Below are positions 26,493 through 41,694 of a stretch of DNA of 64,000 bases, piece by piece. Each line of letters opens with the position of its first letter. The first letter of the stretch is position 1. Source of the stretch: Eledone cirrhosa (Eukaryota); contig OZ024741.1 of assembly GCA_964016885.1 (NCBI GenBank), positions 52,948,001-53,012,000 of the forward strand. Direction: 5' to 3'. A program made the position numbers and the translations under genes. The notes beneath the pieces were generated by a model. The model did not search any database and was not told the origin of the DNA. It saw nothing but the letters and a program-made list of their open reading frames with translations.

Positions 26493-29400
26493 ATATACAA
26501 TGATATTAAATAAATGGAAACTATATTCATAGAACCATATTTATTCTAATATATATATTTCAAGGGTACCAACAATTTGGGTACGCTATCATCAGATAAA
26601 ATACGAAATGCGTTTTATAAATTTTGACATAACCAAGGATAATATACCTTAACGGTTCAAATTATCCCTGGATAGTTTAGGGAAAAAGAAGAAAACTCAG
26701 ATATTTCAAATTATTAATATGAGTATGTAAATGAGGTTTATGTAAAAAGACTGAAAACACGTTATTTTCGACGCTATGGAAAATTAAAATAATTATGATA
26801 AGTTATTGTATGCGTAGGAAAGAAGGGAAAGGAGGAAGGTCTAGCATTTACGATAATTTGGGGGAAAAGATTTATTTACCTAATTTATCAGTTATAATAT
26901 TGTATATATAATCAATTAGATTATATGAAGAATTATGGTTGTAGGTATTTTTATCTTATTACATTACGATATGTTATATGTATATAAATATCTATATATA
27001 AATTCATAAATTGCGTATGTATTAGTTGTTTATATATCAAATATGAGTTACGAAGGATGTTGAATTTATATTTTATTTAAAAAAGAGGTGGTTCAAGAGA
27101 GTAGAACAATTTGTGAATTCAAACATTTTGTTCAACATTGAGAATGTTTTCAGAATATTGTTTATTTAGCGAAGCTATACAGATTATCAAACGTGAAATG
27201 CTTATGTATGCACGATTGAGAAAAATGTTTATGTTTGCATGATTGAGAAAGGAAAGATAACTCCAATTTTGTTTGTTAACCATTAAATTAGAGAAAAATT
27301 AAATATTATTTTGTGTGAGATCCATTATTTTAGTCAAAGATGTGTGAATGTTTGAATAACAAAAAGAGAGAGGAAAAATGTAATGTGTTTTTCGAAGAAC
27401 TATCATAAAGAGGATACATTTTTGAATGCCATTTAAAGTTTATCAATCTACATCTAAAAATATATTTATAGGGTGTCCTTACAAAAATAATTTCGGAATT
27501 GAAAATAATGTCAGAATTTAAATAATGTAGTAAATTAAAATATCAAATATATATATTAAAAATATTATAAATATTAGAGGTATTAAACATTTTTTGAAAT
27601 ATTAAAATATTAAAAATATTAAAAAATATTAAAAAAATATTAAAAATATAAAAAAAATGTTACATTTAAATAAAAAAAAAAATAGGATCATTTTGAAGGT
27701 TTATAGGGATATTATAAATTAAAAATAGTTCTGAACGGGGAATTTTAGCAATGTTTGCAAGAAGAAAATAATTCTGTTCTGAGATTAATAGAGTTTTGAC
27801 AGTTAATTATATTAAAAATTTCTTCGATACACAATTTACAGATTCTTGATAAAGCCGTTTTTCAGTATCCAAGTGCTTCTGAAATCGTTCTCCAAGATAT
27901 TGAATATTCTATATTGTTGTCTTTTAAATCCCAAATTAGATTTGATAATGAAGTAAAAGATTTTTTATCAGATCTCCTAAGTGTATGATTATGGTTATTC
28001 CAGCGTTTTTTAAATTTTGTTGAAGTGGCACCAACATAGTTAAATATTTTGTCGCTAGTTTTAACTGTGCATTTATAAACTATGTTTTTGTCTAAACAAT
28101 TATTTTGTAAAGGGCAGTTTGATTTGATTCTACAGTTACAATTACTAGAGTTATTGTTGTTCAGAACGGTACCATTATTCTGAGTATTGTTGTTAGAAAT
28201 ATTATTATTGCTATTTTGGTTAGTTTGGTTAGGGTTTAAATTTAAGTTTCTATTATTAATTCTATTTATATTTTGTGCTATGTTCATAGTAGTATAGTAG
28301 GATAGTTTTATAGTGTGTCTGTTAAAAATAGAATGGTATCTGTGGGCTTTAGGAAAACATTTATCTAGTGCATTAAAGAATAGTTTTGCTAAAGGTGTTT
28401 TAACTCTTAATGAGAATGGGGGAGAGTATCAAATAATATTTCTAGTTCTAGTCTTTTTGTTTGGTTTAGTGTCTAAGTTAATACTAGGATGATATATCAT
28501 GTTATTGTTATCTATATATTTATTTCTATTTGAGTATCCTGCTCTATGTAAAGCTTCATTATAATATTCAGCCTTATCATCAAAAATATTTTTATTAGCG
28601 GAGATGCATGAAATCCGTTGTTGGACGCTATTGACAATAGTGTTTTTAATACTTCTAGGATGATTAGAATTGAAACTTAAATAATTTAAATTTTCGTTAA
28701 TTTTATGGAAAGGATAGTAAAGACCTGTGCTACGGTTTAAAGTTACATCTAAGAAGTTAACGATTTTGTAGTTATTCTCTATTTCTAACTTAAGGTTATA
28801 GTTGTTGAAAAATTGTATTATGGATTTTCTTTTCCTATTAATATCACTATTGCTATGGTTTTCAGTTAAAAGCAACATATCGTCAGGATATAAACCTCCG
28901 GTCATCTCTGGCATTTTCCTAGGCAGTACATTATTAATAAATAATCAAAGGAGGTCTGTAAGTTGCGCCGAGTCAGATGATCCCATAGTGATATCAAAAT
29001 TGTTTTTTCTGTCGGCTCTTGTCCAGAGATGATTATTAAATTCTATTAATGTTTTACGTGCTGTTAGAATTATATTCATTTCATCACTAGATAAGTCTGT
29101 ATATTTAGACGTGTAGATAAGTGCCTTATTAAGTAAACTAGGGGTAATAGAGGAGTATTAATTTGCAATATCCATTTGAATGAATGTTTTGTTATGTTTT
29201 AATTTTATGTTATTGAACCAATCTATAACTTCATTAGTACTGTTTCATAGTTTAAGGTGTGATTTAACTTTAAGTAGTGGTATAATTCTATCTAATATAT
29301 GTTTGCTATTTATGCCTAAGTCCGATTTAGTTGGTCCGATGAGTCTGACTGGTATTTCAATTTCAAAATTTCTTTTGTGGTCCTTCAAGTTAATTATCGG

Positions 29401-30137
29401 TTTTCTAGGTATAAAGGGTTCAGTCCTATTTTGGATGCCTAATTTGTAAATAATTTCAGAAGTTTCTTTATTTAACGTTGAAAGATCTTCGTTTGAAGTT
29501 ATTTTGTAGTTTTTTTCTGAGTTCTTTCAATATAAGGTTATTATATTCTTCCTTTTCCATACCATATAAATTATTAGTTTTATCAGATTTTACGAGGATC
29601 CTCTTAGTTTTTCCAAGATTGTCTATTTTGTTCTTGAGGCCTTTAAGGTACTCCTGGCCTATAAATTGTTTTTTTTTCCAATTTAATATTCTGTATAATA
29701 GATATTACTTCATTTTCAAATTCAGCTAGTAGTTTGTTGCTAGGTGGATTCTTCTTAGATTTGAAGATATGATCAAAGTTGTAACTGGAGTTATTTATTT
29801 TTTCATCTGATTTTCTATCAAAATGGAAGGCACGCCATCTAAGTCTTCGTATAAAGGAGTCAGATTTCTCAATAAGTTGTTTTAGATATTCCTTATTTTT
29901 AGGTAAGGGTACATCTTTGAGAGAAGAAGAGATCCTAAAGAATTCAATTTTTTTGCAATCAGTTATAATTTAAAGTGCTCAACATTTAAGGAGCTATTTA
30001 TAAGAAGGGATATTCAATTCGTTGGTAATTCAACAAATATAAATGTTTATAACTGATTCAGAGCAATCAACAGGTTTTCTGGAGTATAATATACAATGAT
30101 ATAAAATAAATGGAAACTATATTTATAAAACCATATT
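26493..30137 (-). mobile_element. Penelope-like element 2 (RT + C-terminal GIY-YIG; GLYRDDG-type), disrupted ORF ~27750-29970, with 49-bp terminal direct repeats
   Basis: FIRRLRWRAFHF, KSDKTNNLY, LKDHK, FDITMGSSDSAQ, GGLYPDDML, NFLDVTL, CNCRIKSNCPLQNNCLDKNIVYKCTV..YVGAT..FKKRWNNH. Repeats at 26493-26541 and 30089-30137. Confidence 0.9.
26540..26600 (-). ncRNA. Hammerhead-like motif in the 3' repeat region of PLE 2
   Basis: Minus: CTGATGA-T-AGCGTACC-CAAATTGTT-GGTACCCT-T-GAAA-ATATATAT... (7/8-bp stem II, palindromic stem III, weak stem I). Confidence 0.55.
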
Positions 30138-30170
30138 AGGTCTGTTGGCGGCCCGCGTTCCAAAATACCT

Positions 30171-30201
30171 TATCCCGTGCAACGCCGGATACCACTGCTA
30201 G
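30171..30201 (+). mobile_element. Helitron-type 3' terminus
   Basis: GC hairpin TATCC-CGT-GCA-ACG-CC-GGATA followed 6 nt later by CTAG|T. Confidence 0.6.
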
Positions 30202-30362
30202 TTTATTATATAAATGATCTGTGCATTTGCATTCATAGAGCCCTATGGCTGTTTTGAACCCAATGTTAATTCCTGATACCATATGGAGTACGCCTTGACT
30301 GAATTGATTCGTTTTCTTTACTGATTATCAAACCACATTAATCTTTCTCTTGGTCTTTAAAC

Positions 30363-30412
30363 CTTTTATACAAACAGAGGATAGAATTCTCTATCCTCTG
30401 TTTGTATAAAAG
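30363..30412. repeat. Perfect 23-bp inverted repeat, 4-nt loop
   Basis: CTTTTATACAAACAGAGGATAGA-ATTC-TCTATCCTCTGTTTGTATAAAAG. Confidence 0.95.
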
Positions 30413-30457
30413 ATTTGATTCGAGAATGGCTCACTAATTTGGCATATTTTACCACAT

Positions 30458-30615
30458 TAATTGTTTCTACTTTTGGCACAAGGCCAGCAAATTACCCAGT
30501 GCATTACCGGTACTTTATTTTATCGACCCCGTAAGGATGAAAGGCAAAGTTCACCTCGGTGGTATTTGTTTGAACTCAGAATGGCAAGGGCGTAACTCTA
30601 TGTGTCAAAGCACAT
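30458..30615 (-). mobile_element. SINE family A copy (5'-truncated)
   Basis: Tail, core and B-box present. Confidence 0.85.
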
Positions 30616-31269
30616 TAATGGCAGATTGTTATATTAAACGCACCAGCGTAATCTACATCAGCTTATTTTACATGGCTCTTTTTCTCCCTCTTTGTCAGGA
30701 GAACTGACAAGCAATGGCTCTCCAACACTCATTGTTTTTCAGTTCTCCTTAATCTTCCACACTTCTTGGAAGTGTCACATATACATATATAACATTTTAT
30801 ATAAACATTAAATCTGTTCGAAATGACAAATCAAAATAGCGACGAAATAATATTTAGCATTCTGTATGTATAACAGTTTCTTTATTTCTTTTTTCCTCAT
30901 ATATCCGTTAAAACAGCGAGAAATCTCTGTACATTTACCGTATTAAAAAATGTATTCCAGCAATCTTGTAGTTCACATTTCTGAAATATTTCAAAATTAT
31001 AACAACAACAAAAACAGTGATAATAACAATAACAAGTAATAATATTGGTAGATTAAAAAATAATGTTAACATGAATAACACTAGTACTACAGTTGTTAAT
31101 ACTACTCATAATAAAAATATTTATGATAACAAAAAACTTAACGCTATTATTACTACTTCTACAAATAACGTAATATAACAACAATAACAACAATAATAGT
31201 TATCCGTATTATTATTGAATAATGATAGTAGTAATGATGATGATAATAATAAAATTATAATATGAATAA

Positions 31270-31712
31270 TAATGGTTTCTAAGATTGACACAAGGCTCAG
31301 AAATACGATTGTCTGTGTGTGTATGCGTGTATTTATGTATGTGAATGTTAGTGGATAGAGTCGATTCAATAGACTTTATAAGTTTGTCACTTCGTATTAC
31401 TTGTTATTCACCCCAAACGGATGGAACATAAAAATTAGGATCATAAGGGATATGAACTCAAAACGTGAAGCAATGGATTCAGCACATACCCGATATTGGC
31501 ATCCATCGCCCTGACAATAGAAATTATTGTTTCTTATAGAGAAAGGAGGCAATAGTCGATTATATCGACGCCTGCACTTGACTGGTGTCTATTTTATCAA
31601 ACATGTAAAGATGAAAGGCAAAGTTGGTATCGACAGGATTGAAAATAGCCGGAACTAATGCGGCAAATCATTTTGCTTGACGATCTTAACAATTCTGCCA
31701 AACCAACACTCT
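31270..31712 (-). mobile_element. Two adjacent degenerate SINE family A copies
   Basis: Diverged core and B-box motifs at ~31400-31460 and ~31555-31705. Confidence 0.6.
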
Positions 31713-31748
31713 AATAATAATAAAAATAATGATATCAATAATAATGGC

Positions 31749-31793
<45 letters not shown>

Positions 31794-31794
31794 C

Positions 31795-31825
<31 letters not shown>

Positions 31826-31929
31826 CAGCAGTAGTAGTAATGATTTATATTCGTAGCTTATATGGTGAATTAAAGTTGATTTCTATTGTATAGGCCGTGT
31901 CGTTACATGGTAATGTATATGTATTTATG

Positions 31930-32214
31930 ATATATATATATATGTGTGTGTGTGTAATATATATATATATACATACATACATACATACATATATATATAT
32001 ATACATACATATATATATATACATACATATATATATATATACATATATATATACATACATATATATATATATACATACATATATATATATATATATATAC
32101 ATACATATATATATTTATATATATATATATATACATACATATATATATTTATATATATATACATACATATATATATTTATATATATATACATACATACAC
32201 ACATATATATATAT

Positions 32215-32250
<36 letters not shown>

Positions 32251-32613
32251 GTATGTGCGTGCGTATGTATATCCGTATATAGTTGACGGACGAAAATAAA
32301 GTAAAGGGTACTCAGTATCGAAGTAAGGTTTAAATATTCATTTAAATGTTTCACATTAATGTTTCTATTGATTATTGAACATTTTCGTACACTTAACAGA
32401 TGGTTAGTTCAAGATCCATATTTTTGTAATGGAACTCACTTTAATGTCAATCTCATCATCATATAACACAAATAAGGACCTTCAGCCAGTCATCTGTGAA
32501 ACATACGTAAATGGTCAACAATCAATAAAAACACACACATATATATATATATATATATATGTTCAAGACTGTAATCTGTAATGTCTTCTTTCCTAAAGGT
32601 ACTACTGCATAGT

Positions 32614-32649
<36 letters not shown>

Positions 32650-32701
32650 TATATATATATATACGTATATATATATAAGTATATATATATATATATACTT
32701 A

Positions 32702-32742
<41 letters not shown>

Positions 32743-32803
32743 TTATATATATATATATAAGTATTTATATATATATATAAGTATATATATATATTTATAT
32801 AAG

Positions 32804-32850
<47 letters not shown>

Positions 32851-33199
32851 TTACATATATATATATATATAAGTATATATATATATATATTTATATATAT
32901 ATAAGTATATATATATATTTATATATCTATATATTTAAATATATATATAAGTATATATATATTTATTTATATATATATATATTTATATATATATAAGTAT
33001 ATATATTTATATATATATAAGTATATATATATTATATATATATAAGTATATATATATATAAGTATATATATATAAGTATATATATTTATATATATTTATA
33101 TATATTTATATATATACTTATATCTGTATATATATTTAGATATTTTAGATATTTATATACTTATATATATTTATAAATATATTTATATATATATATTTA

Positions 33200-33279
<80 letters not shown>

Positions 33280-33400
33280 TATAAATATAAATATATATAT
33301 TTATATTTATATATTTATAGAAATATTTATATTTAGATATTTATATATATATATATATATACCTGTATATATATGTGTATACACACACACAAACATATAT
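31930..33400. repeat. (TA)n / TATATAAG-type compound satellite
   Basis: Direct reading; interrupted by unique DNA at ~32270-32620. Confidence 0.9.
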
Positions 33401-33822
33401 GTATAAAGAAGCATTATCTGGTCCGCACCCCTTTTCCCTTAAAGTAAAGACTAATATAGATAAGAGGTTTTTCTAGATTTAATAGATACACATCCGCCAC
33501 TGTAACATAGATAGAGTTAAATATTCAATCGCAATAACATCAAGATATCTTATTCATGTGGCCCGGTAAAATTGACTGCTAAGAATACACAAAACTAGCG
33601 TTTTAGCACGCATTACATTTAATGGTTTCTAATAATCTCGTATAACTACCTGAAAATTAGGTCACATTAGGTTACATTCTGGAGATATGGTCAATATTGG
33701 ACCTTGAAATCTTAGCTAGCACTTTTGTTCTGTGTATGATCATAAATAAATAATATAATATCTCAGCTCTCTTATCGATTGAACACAGTTTTTCCGTTTT
33801 TCTTTTCACACCTCTGGATATT

Positions 33823-33891
<69 letters not shown>

Positions 33892-33983
33892 ATAAACACA
33901 AAGACCAACATCCAAAGGGTGAAAGAAGAAATTCATCACTTAACCATTTAATCTGTATTAATAAATATATATTAATATATATG

Positions 33984-34056
<73 letters not shown>

Positions 34057-34063
34057 ACACACA

Positions 34064-34120
<57 letters not shown>

Positions 34121-35322
34121 GTGTGTTTGCAGGAATACTAAAATGTATTTAGAAAAATATACCACTCTATACTAACAAAATATCCTATTACCATTAAACA
34201 CTCAACCAGGCTCTATATCTCCAGGAGTTTACAGATAAAACCAATACATTAACAAAAGATATACGTATACTTATACATCTGTTAACGTGAATTAATTATT
34301 AGATAATAGCCGTGAATTTTTCGACCTTCAATGTTACCGTTTGAGATGTTGTACGATATATCTCATTATCATTTCACTCAACGATAAATCTGACACACCA
34401 AGGAATTCCCAAATTTCATCAAACAAACAATTCGATATCAACCATTGATATAGACATGTTTCTAATTAGCATATTCTGATATTTATGTAAAGTTTCACCA
34501 TAGACAAACATTTAATATCACACGCGCTCACCAATAAAATGGACACCGCATGATCATGCTGAAATGTACATAGTTAATAGATATATCTAGAAAATGAGAA
34601 CCCATAATTTATGAGGCAGAAATTACATTTATAGAACCCAAACCACATGTGGTACGTACATTGTAAAAGGATTGACAGAAAAAAATATGTATGCAAAGAT
34701 ATTTTAATCATATACAGTCCTTTACAAATGTAGAAAATGGAAAAAGAATCCCCGACTACATTTGGTAATCAAGAGTACACACCAAACAACACAATTAATT
34801 GAGGGATGGGATGAGGTTATAGGAAAAACAAAACTATAAAATATAACCCTTGAAATAAATTGTGCGACTTGCGTTCATCAGAAAAATGAAAGATTCTCCC
34901 AAAAACATTCATAACAAAGAAACCTAATTAAAAACCAACTCAAAGCTACTCGGGAGAAGCAGACACTTCAAAAAGCTCCGATAAAGAGCTTAGGAAATAT
35001 CTTCAACGGACTAAAACCTTACAAACATACACACGTTTACACTTCTACTCTCATTACTCTCTCCGTCTACATTTCCTTCTCTCAGATCCCTTGCTTACTT
35101 TATTTAAACACACATTTGTTATTTCCCACACACCTATTATGTTTTTTTTTCAGTGACTAAGGAAGCTTGAACCTATTTAGTTTTTTGTTCTGTTCCGAAA
35201 TTATATAAAATAATTTTTTCCCAGCATCTCAAAAGCCAGTATTGTCATCGATCATCAAAACTTTGTTCACCTTAAATGAAACGGAAGCGATTTTACGTAT
35301 ATTTTCCAATGTGTATATTTTA

Positions 35323-35543
35323 TAATGGTTTCTTATATAGGTACAAGGCCAGCAATTTTGGGTGAGGGGAAAGTCGATTAAATCGACCCCAGTGCCTGAC
35401 TGGTACTTTCTTTTATCGACCCCGTAAGGATGAAAGGCAAAGTTAATCTCGGCGGGATATGAACTCAGACCGGAAAGGGCCGTAACTCTATGCTGAAAAG
35501 CATGGCGGCTGGCACTCTACCGAAACTGCCAATCCACCGCCCT
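35323..35543 (-). mobile_element. SINE family A copy (near full length)
   Basis: All family blocks present; ends GCCAATCCACCGCCC. Confidence 0.9.
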
Positions 35544-35627
35544 TTTGTGTATATTTTATAATATCACTGATCACGTGGAGAAATAAGGCAAGGAAGCACT
35601 AGAAACCTGATATTTTACTAATATTGC

Positions 35628-35691
<64 letters not shown>

Positions 35692-35733
35692 TATATTATA
35701 TGTATAAATATTTACATGAATATATACATACAA

Positions 35734-35767
<34 letters not shown>

Positions 35768-35884
35768 GTATATGGGCATATCTGTATGATTATGCATATA
35801 TGTATATACGTATTTGCATATTAGCATATATATATAGATGTGTGTATAAGTTATATATATATACATACATATATATATACATAC

Positions 35885-35956
<72 letters not shown>

Positions 35957-36604
35957 ATATATATATGTATGTAATCTATAAATTGCGTTTCCTGGATTAT
36001 GTGTGTGGTGGTGGGTGCGAGGACAGTGGTGCTGTTTTGCTTCTCATTTGTAATATTTTTGATATTTTTGGTGTTTCTCTACAAACGGGCTTATGTATCG
36101 TACAGGTGTGTGTGAAAAATGCTTTAACAATACAGCACCCATGATGCTATTGATTGCCTGCTTTTACTGCTTGTTTTTACATGTAACAATCTGCCGCACT
36201 ATAATCCTGTATAAATAAGACACGCGTGCATGCCGCACGTGAGACTGTTTCATACATTGACTACTCTAAACTTTCCTCTTGCTTTATCTTCATAATCTGC
36301 CAATGTTCTATTTTTATTTTTAGTTTAATTTTAGCTTTAATTTTGTCCTTTAATATGAATGTAACCTTTGTATGTAAATTGCCATGCTATATCATTATGA
36401 TGGATGTCAACCCACTGTGGGTCAATATATACATATGTTTTTGTATGTCTCTTGTGTTGATAAGGAGGTCAAGTATGTGAAAAATCACTAAATAGTTGCT
36501 ACGAAGAATCCAAACCTAGGTTTGGAGGAAACAATTGTAAGCAAATAAATGATTTAAACTGAACTTTGATTCATGTAATTTCTATATATGTATGTATATA
36601 TATG

Positions 36605-36636
<32 letters not shown>

Positions 36637-36650
36637 TATATGTAGATATA

Positions 36651-36779
<129 letters not shown>

Positions 36780-37178
36780 ATATATATGAATGCACGTAAG
36801 TCTGTTAACATGGTTTTCCGTGCTAAGTTCAAAATAAGGAAATTATGTTAGTGTTTTCTAATATTGAGAATCACAACAGCTGAGCTTGGTTACTCCACCA
36901 GTTAAGTATCTTGTATATTTTATATAGTGACCGACCTCCGTTTTAAAATTATTATTTCTCCTCATATGATGTTATAATGTAGCTGTTTATCAATAATTCC
37001 ATAATATTACTGCGTCTATAATAATTTATTAATTCACAATAAAGTATAGGGTTTCAAAAGCCTAGGATTTTATGACAATGCTTTTGTCAAATGTCTTTGC
37101 AAGAATACCAATGGCATCGATAAATACTCTCGTATAGTATGTTAACAAACGAGAGTGAATGTATTTGTATATGTATAT

Positions 37179-37252
37179 ACAAAGGTGATGATCTTGAAGC
37201 CTTCGCCAGGTCCCTTGGGAACGGGGGAAGGCTTCAAAAACATCACTTTTGT
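37179..37252. repeat. Imperfect ~36-bp fold-back hairpin
   Basis: ACAAAGGTGATGATCTTGAAGCCTTCGCCAGGTCCC-TT-GGGAACGGGGGAAGGCTTCAAAAACATCACTTTTGT. Confidence 0.85.
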
Positions 37253-37430
37253 CCGTCCTCTTGTTTCAATTTGGATTGCCTCGGGAACGTATCCTTTTAA
37301 TGTAAGATGCTGTCTGGTGAAATCATGGCACTGGGTATCCAGAATTGCGTGGCCACTGTAGTCATTAAAATATGTATCACGGCGTCATTAATAAAATATT
37401 TTAACATCCTCTCTCTCTCACTAAATATAA

Positions 37431-37463
<33 letters not shown>

Positions 37464-38039
37464 CGTGTGTGTGTGTGTGTATATATATAAATATATATGT
37501 ATATACTTATATATATATATGTATATATATATTTATGTATGTATATATATATTTGATTTAATATAATATAATAGTAATATAATATAATAATAATAGATTT
37601 GAACAGAACTTTGATTCATGTAATTTCTATATAACTGCTCTGTAGAACAACTGATGTTATTACATTGAGCTATTTATCTTACTGGTAATAAGGTAGTAAT
37701 TAATTACTGTCTTCCACTGTTTAGGGTTTAAAATATATATAACCATAAAAGGTTTTAGTATATACATAACCATATATAGTATCCTTAATACTATATATAT
37801 ATATATATATATTTATTAAAAAAACAGATTTTACGGTTCTTATATATTTGATATATATTTATCCTTATCGAGCCCCCTTCGGATTTTAGTCTTCAAATTT
37901 ATTATTATTACTATATATTTATATATATATATACACATACACCCAGACACACATATATATATATACACACACACACACATATATATTTATATTTATATAA
38001 ATTTGTGAGTGTGTGTACACCGTTATCTATATATATTAT

Positions 38040-38760
38040 GTATTTCCACACAATTATATTAAAATTAAAGTTGCCTAAACTTTCTATTACCACGTTATGC
38101 TTTACTGGACGATAATCATCCGAATGACCAGTAACTGAGTATTTACTCCAATGCAAACGGCGTTTGAGAGGCCGACATGTAAATTCGACCAATTTTAATG
38201 TTTACATCTTTCTCATCAATAGGGCGCTATGTTTTAATTCCAATTTCCAAGTGTGTCTCACTTTCATGAGGGTATTTATGTATAATTTTGGTTTTAATAT
38301 ATTAATTATTTGTGGTTTGGCTTAACATATGACAGTTTTCGGCTGTATCTAACAGAAATTGATTAGAATCGTTCAAATAGGGATTTTCAAAGCAAATTTT
38401 CTGAAGTTGCGATATATAACTGCAAAAGTATGCTGCATTCAAACATTCTTTGTTCCTGAAATTGGAGTTGGTGATTAGATAATAGCATTTCAAACTTGAC
38501 ATTGTTCACATAAATGTATGATCTTCAGTCACTATACTACGCGGTGATAACATTCGACAAACATTGGCAGTTGAGGAGACTTAACGTTGAACATGCAGTT
38601 ATGTAAGGTTTCTGACGTGTGATTCAAATGAGCACATCTATGTTTATATAATACAATAGGGATAACAGTAGAGGTGCTGTTGTAAATTTGATGAGAATCA
38701 CTTGCACATGATTGCTTCATTGTATATGCTGAATCAAAAGTCAAAATTTGTACATTTGTA
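38040..38760 (-). mobile_element. Decayed Penelope-like fragments
   Basis: GIY-YIG-like FTCRPLKRRL and linker-like decayed translations. Confidence 0.4.
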
Positions 38761-38901
38761 AATAGTTCATACACAATTAAATTGTATATATATGAATATA
38801 TATATATATATAGATATATAATATATACATATATATATGTATACATGTATATGTATATGTATGTACAAATACATCTGTCTATGTTAGATTATGTAGGTAC
38901 A

Positions 38902-39024
<123 letters not shown>

Positions 39025-39166
39025 TTGTATGTGTATGTTAATTTGACTCATATTATAACATGTTATCCATGTGCAACCATGCAGTATTCTTCTCCCCCAT
39101 ATTTTTTATATATATATATATATATGCTTGTATGTGTATATTAATTTTATTCCAGGCAAATGTGAA

Positions 39167-39275
39167 TCTTGTAACTCTGGAGCTTCGTCTGGTTCCGAAG
39201 GAGGCTTCAGACAAGAAATTGTCTGATGACCATACGTGTAGCAAACGAGTATCCAGGGAAACAAGACTCACTGTT
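39167..39275. other. Divergent pair of hammerhead-like relics
   Basis: Minus 39167-39216: TCTTGT-CTGAAG...GAAG-CTC-CA-GAG-TT-ACAAGA (6-bp stem I). Plus from 39219: TTGT-CTGATGA-CC...GG-GAAAC. Confidence 0.55.
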
Positions 39276-39351
39276 TGACATCAATAAAATGATCATTCAA
39301 ACTCTACTTTGGTATTGAATACTCCTTTCTCTCGACGGTCAACTACATAGG

Positions 39352-39394
<43 letters not shown>

Positions 39395-39468
39395 CACACA
39401 TATATATAAATGAAGTATTTCAGTAGGAAAGGTAAATGAAATAAGTATCTTATGTTGTTTATTATATA

Positions 39469-39533
<65 letters not shown>

Positions 39534-39819
39534 AGGTCCGTGTGGTTATGTATGTGTGTGTTTTAGGTAGGGATATATATATATATATAAATATATATAA
39601 ATATATGGAATAAAGAAATACTAAAGCGTCGCGCTTTCATTGAAGAACTAAAGAAAATCTAGAAGTATTTATATATATATTTATTTATAAATTGAAATAA
39701 TGTATAATAAAGAAATAATTATTTTCGAAATGTAGCCTGGAATTCTGGCCATGCTGGATATGTTTACGTTGTACATTTATATGCATACGTATATAAAAAC
39801 AAAACACAAGATATCTATG

Positions 39820-39880
<61 letters not shown>

Positions 39881-39957
39881 GAGTATACATATATACATAT
39901 ATAGATGTATACGTATATATATATGTGTGTGTGTATGTGCGTGTATGCGTGTGTATG

Positions 39958-40027
<70 letters not shown>

Positions 40028-40155
40028 AATTTACAAGTAAATGAACACATACATATATACCTTTCGAAAGCATGCGTTAGAATATAGAGAATTATATGTA
40101 TATACACTCCGGTAAAACAGATACCGTGACCAGAGAAGTAAACATGCGTTTACAA

Positions 40156-40212
<57 letters not shown>

Positions 40213-40566
40213 CAAAAGTTTATACATATATGTTAACATATACATATATATATATATATATATATATTCTTATATATTCATATATTTATATACATGCATG
40301 ATGTTTAATATATATATATATATATATATATGCATTCATATGTTCATATAAACATATAAATATATTTGGAAATAAATATATATATGTATGTGTGTATATA
40401 TATATATATATACACACATATATATATGCGTGTGTGTCTGTGTGTGTGTGTGTGGATCTTTTTGTCATGTAACAGTATAAAAAAAACAGTGCTCTCTCTA
40501 TTATATGTATGCGTCGAAAATACACACACATACTCATGCACACATATTTATATATATGTATATTTA

Positions 40567-40673
<107 letters not shown>

Positions 40674-40821
40674 TCATGCATATATATGTATACATATGCA
40701 ATGTTATTGTTTGTTCAATCTACTTACATAATATACAGACAGCTAAATTTGACGTATACTGACATATGGAAACAGATCAATTACACACATTCGCACACAC
40801 ACAGAGACACACAGACACACG

Positions 40822-40920
<99 letters not shown>

Positions 40921-41103
40921 TTCTATTTCTGTTCGCATGGCAACACAAGAGCAAGAATGAAGTGTTCATTCTACTGACATGGCTATAACATTGAGGCTTG
41001 TTTGCAAAATTGCAAACGAATCGAATGTTTTTATTTATATTCGAAAAACTCAGATTACATTTATGTATATATAAATAAAAATATACGTTTACATATATAT
41101 ATG

Positions 41104-41160
<57 letters not shown>

Positions 41161-41291
41161 TTACATTTATATATATATATGTATACATATATATATATAT
41201 ATATGAATATACATATATATACACACATATATATATATTTATATAGGTATATATATGTATGTGTGTGTATATATATATATATGTACATATG

Positions 41292-41346
<55 letters not shown>

Positions 41347-41604
41347 TGGATCCTTTTGTCATGATGCAGTATAGAAAAAAAAATTAATTTCATGTGTAGT
41401 ATATTGTATGTGTATAAAATCAAGTACATATATATATATATATTACCACATGCAATGCATGTATATATAAATACTTATGTTTTCGTATATATAAATATAC
41501 ATATAGATATATATCTACAAACATATTTTTAATATATATTAATTATACATAGTATTGTTTGTATGCATATTCACGTATGTGTATTTACATATATATATAT
41601 ATAT

Positions 41605-41694
<90 letters not shown>

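Noticed and set aside
34540-35030. Possible retroelement remnant and minus CTGATGA at ~34872
   Set aside because: No interpretable protein motif and no GAAA at hammerhead spacing.
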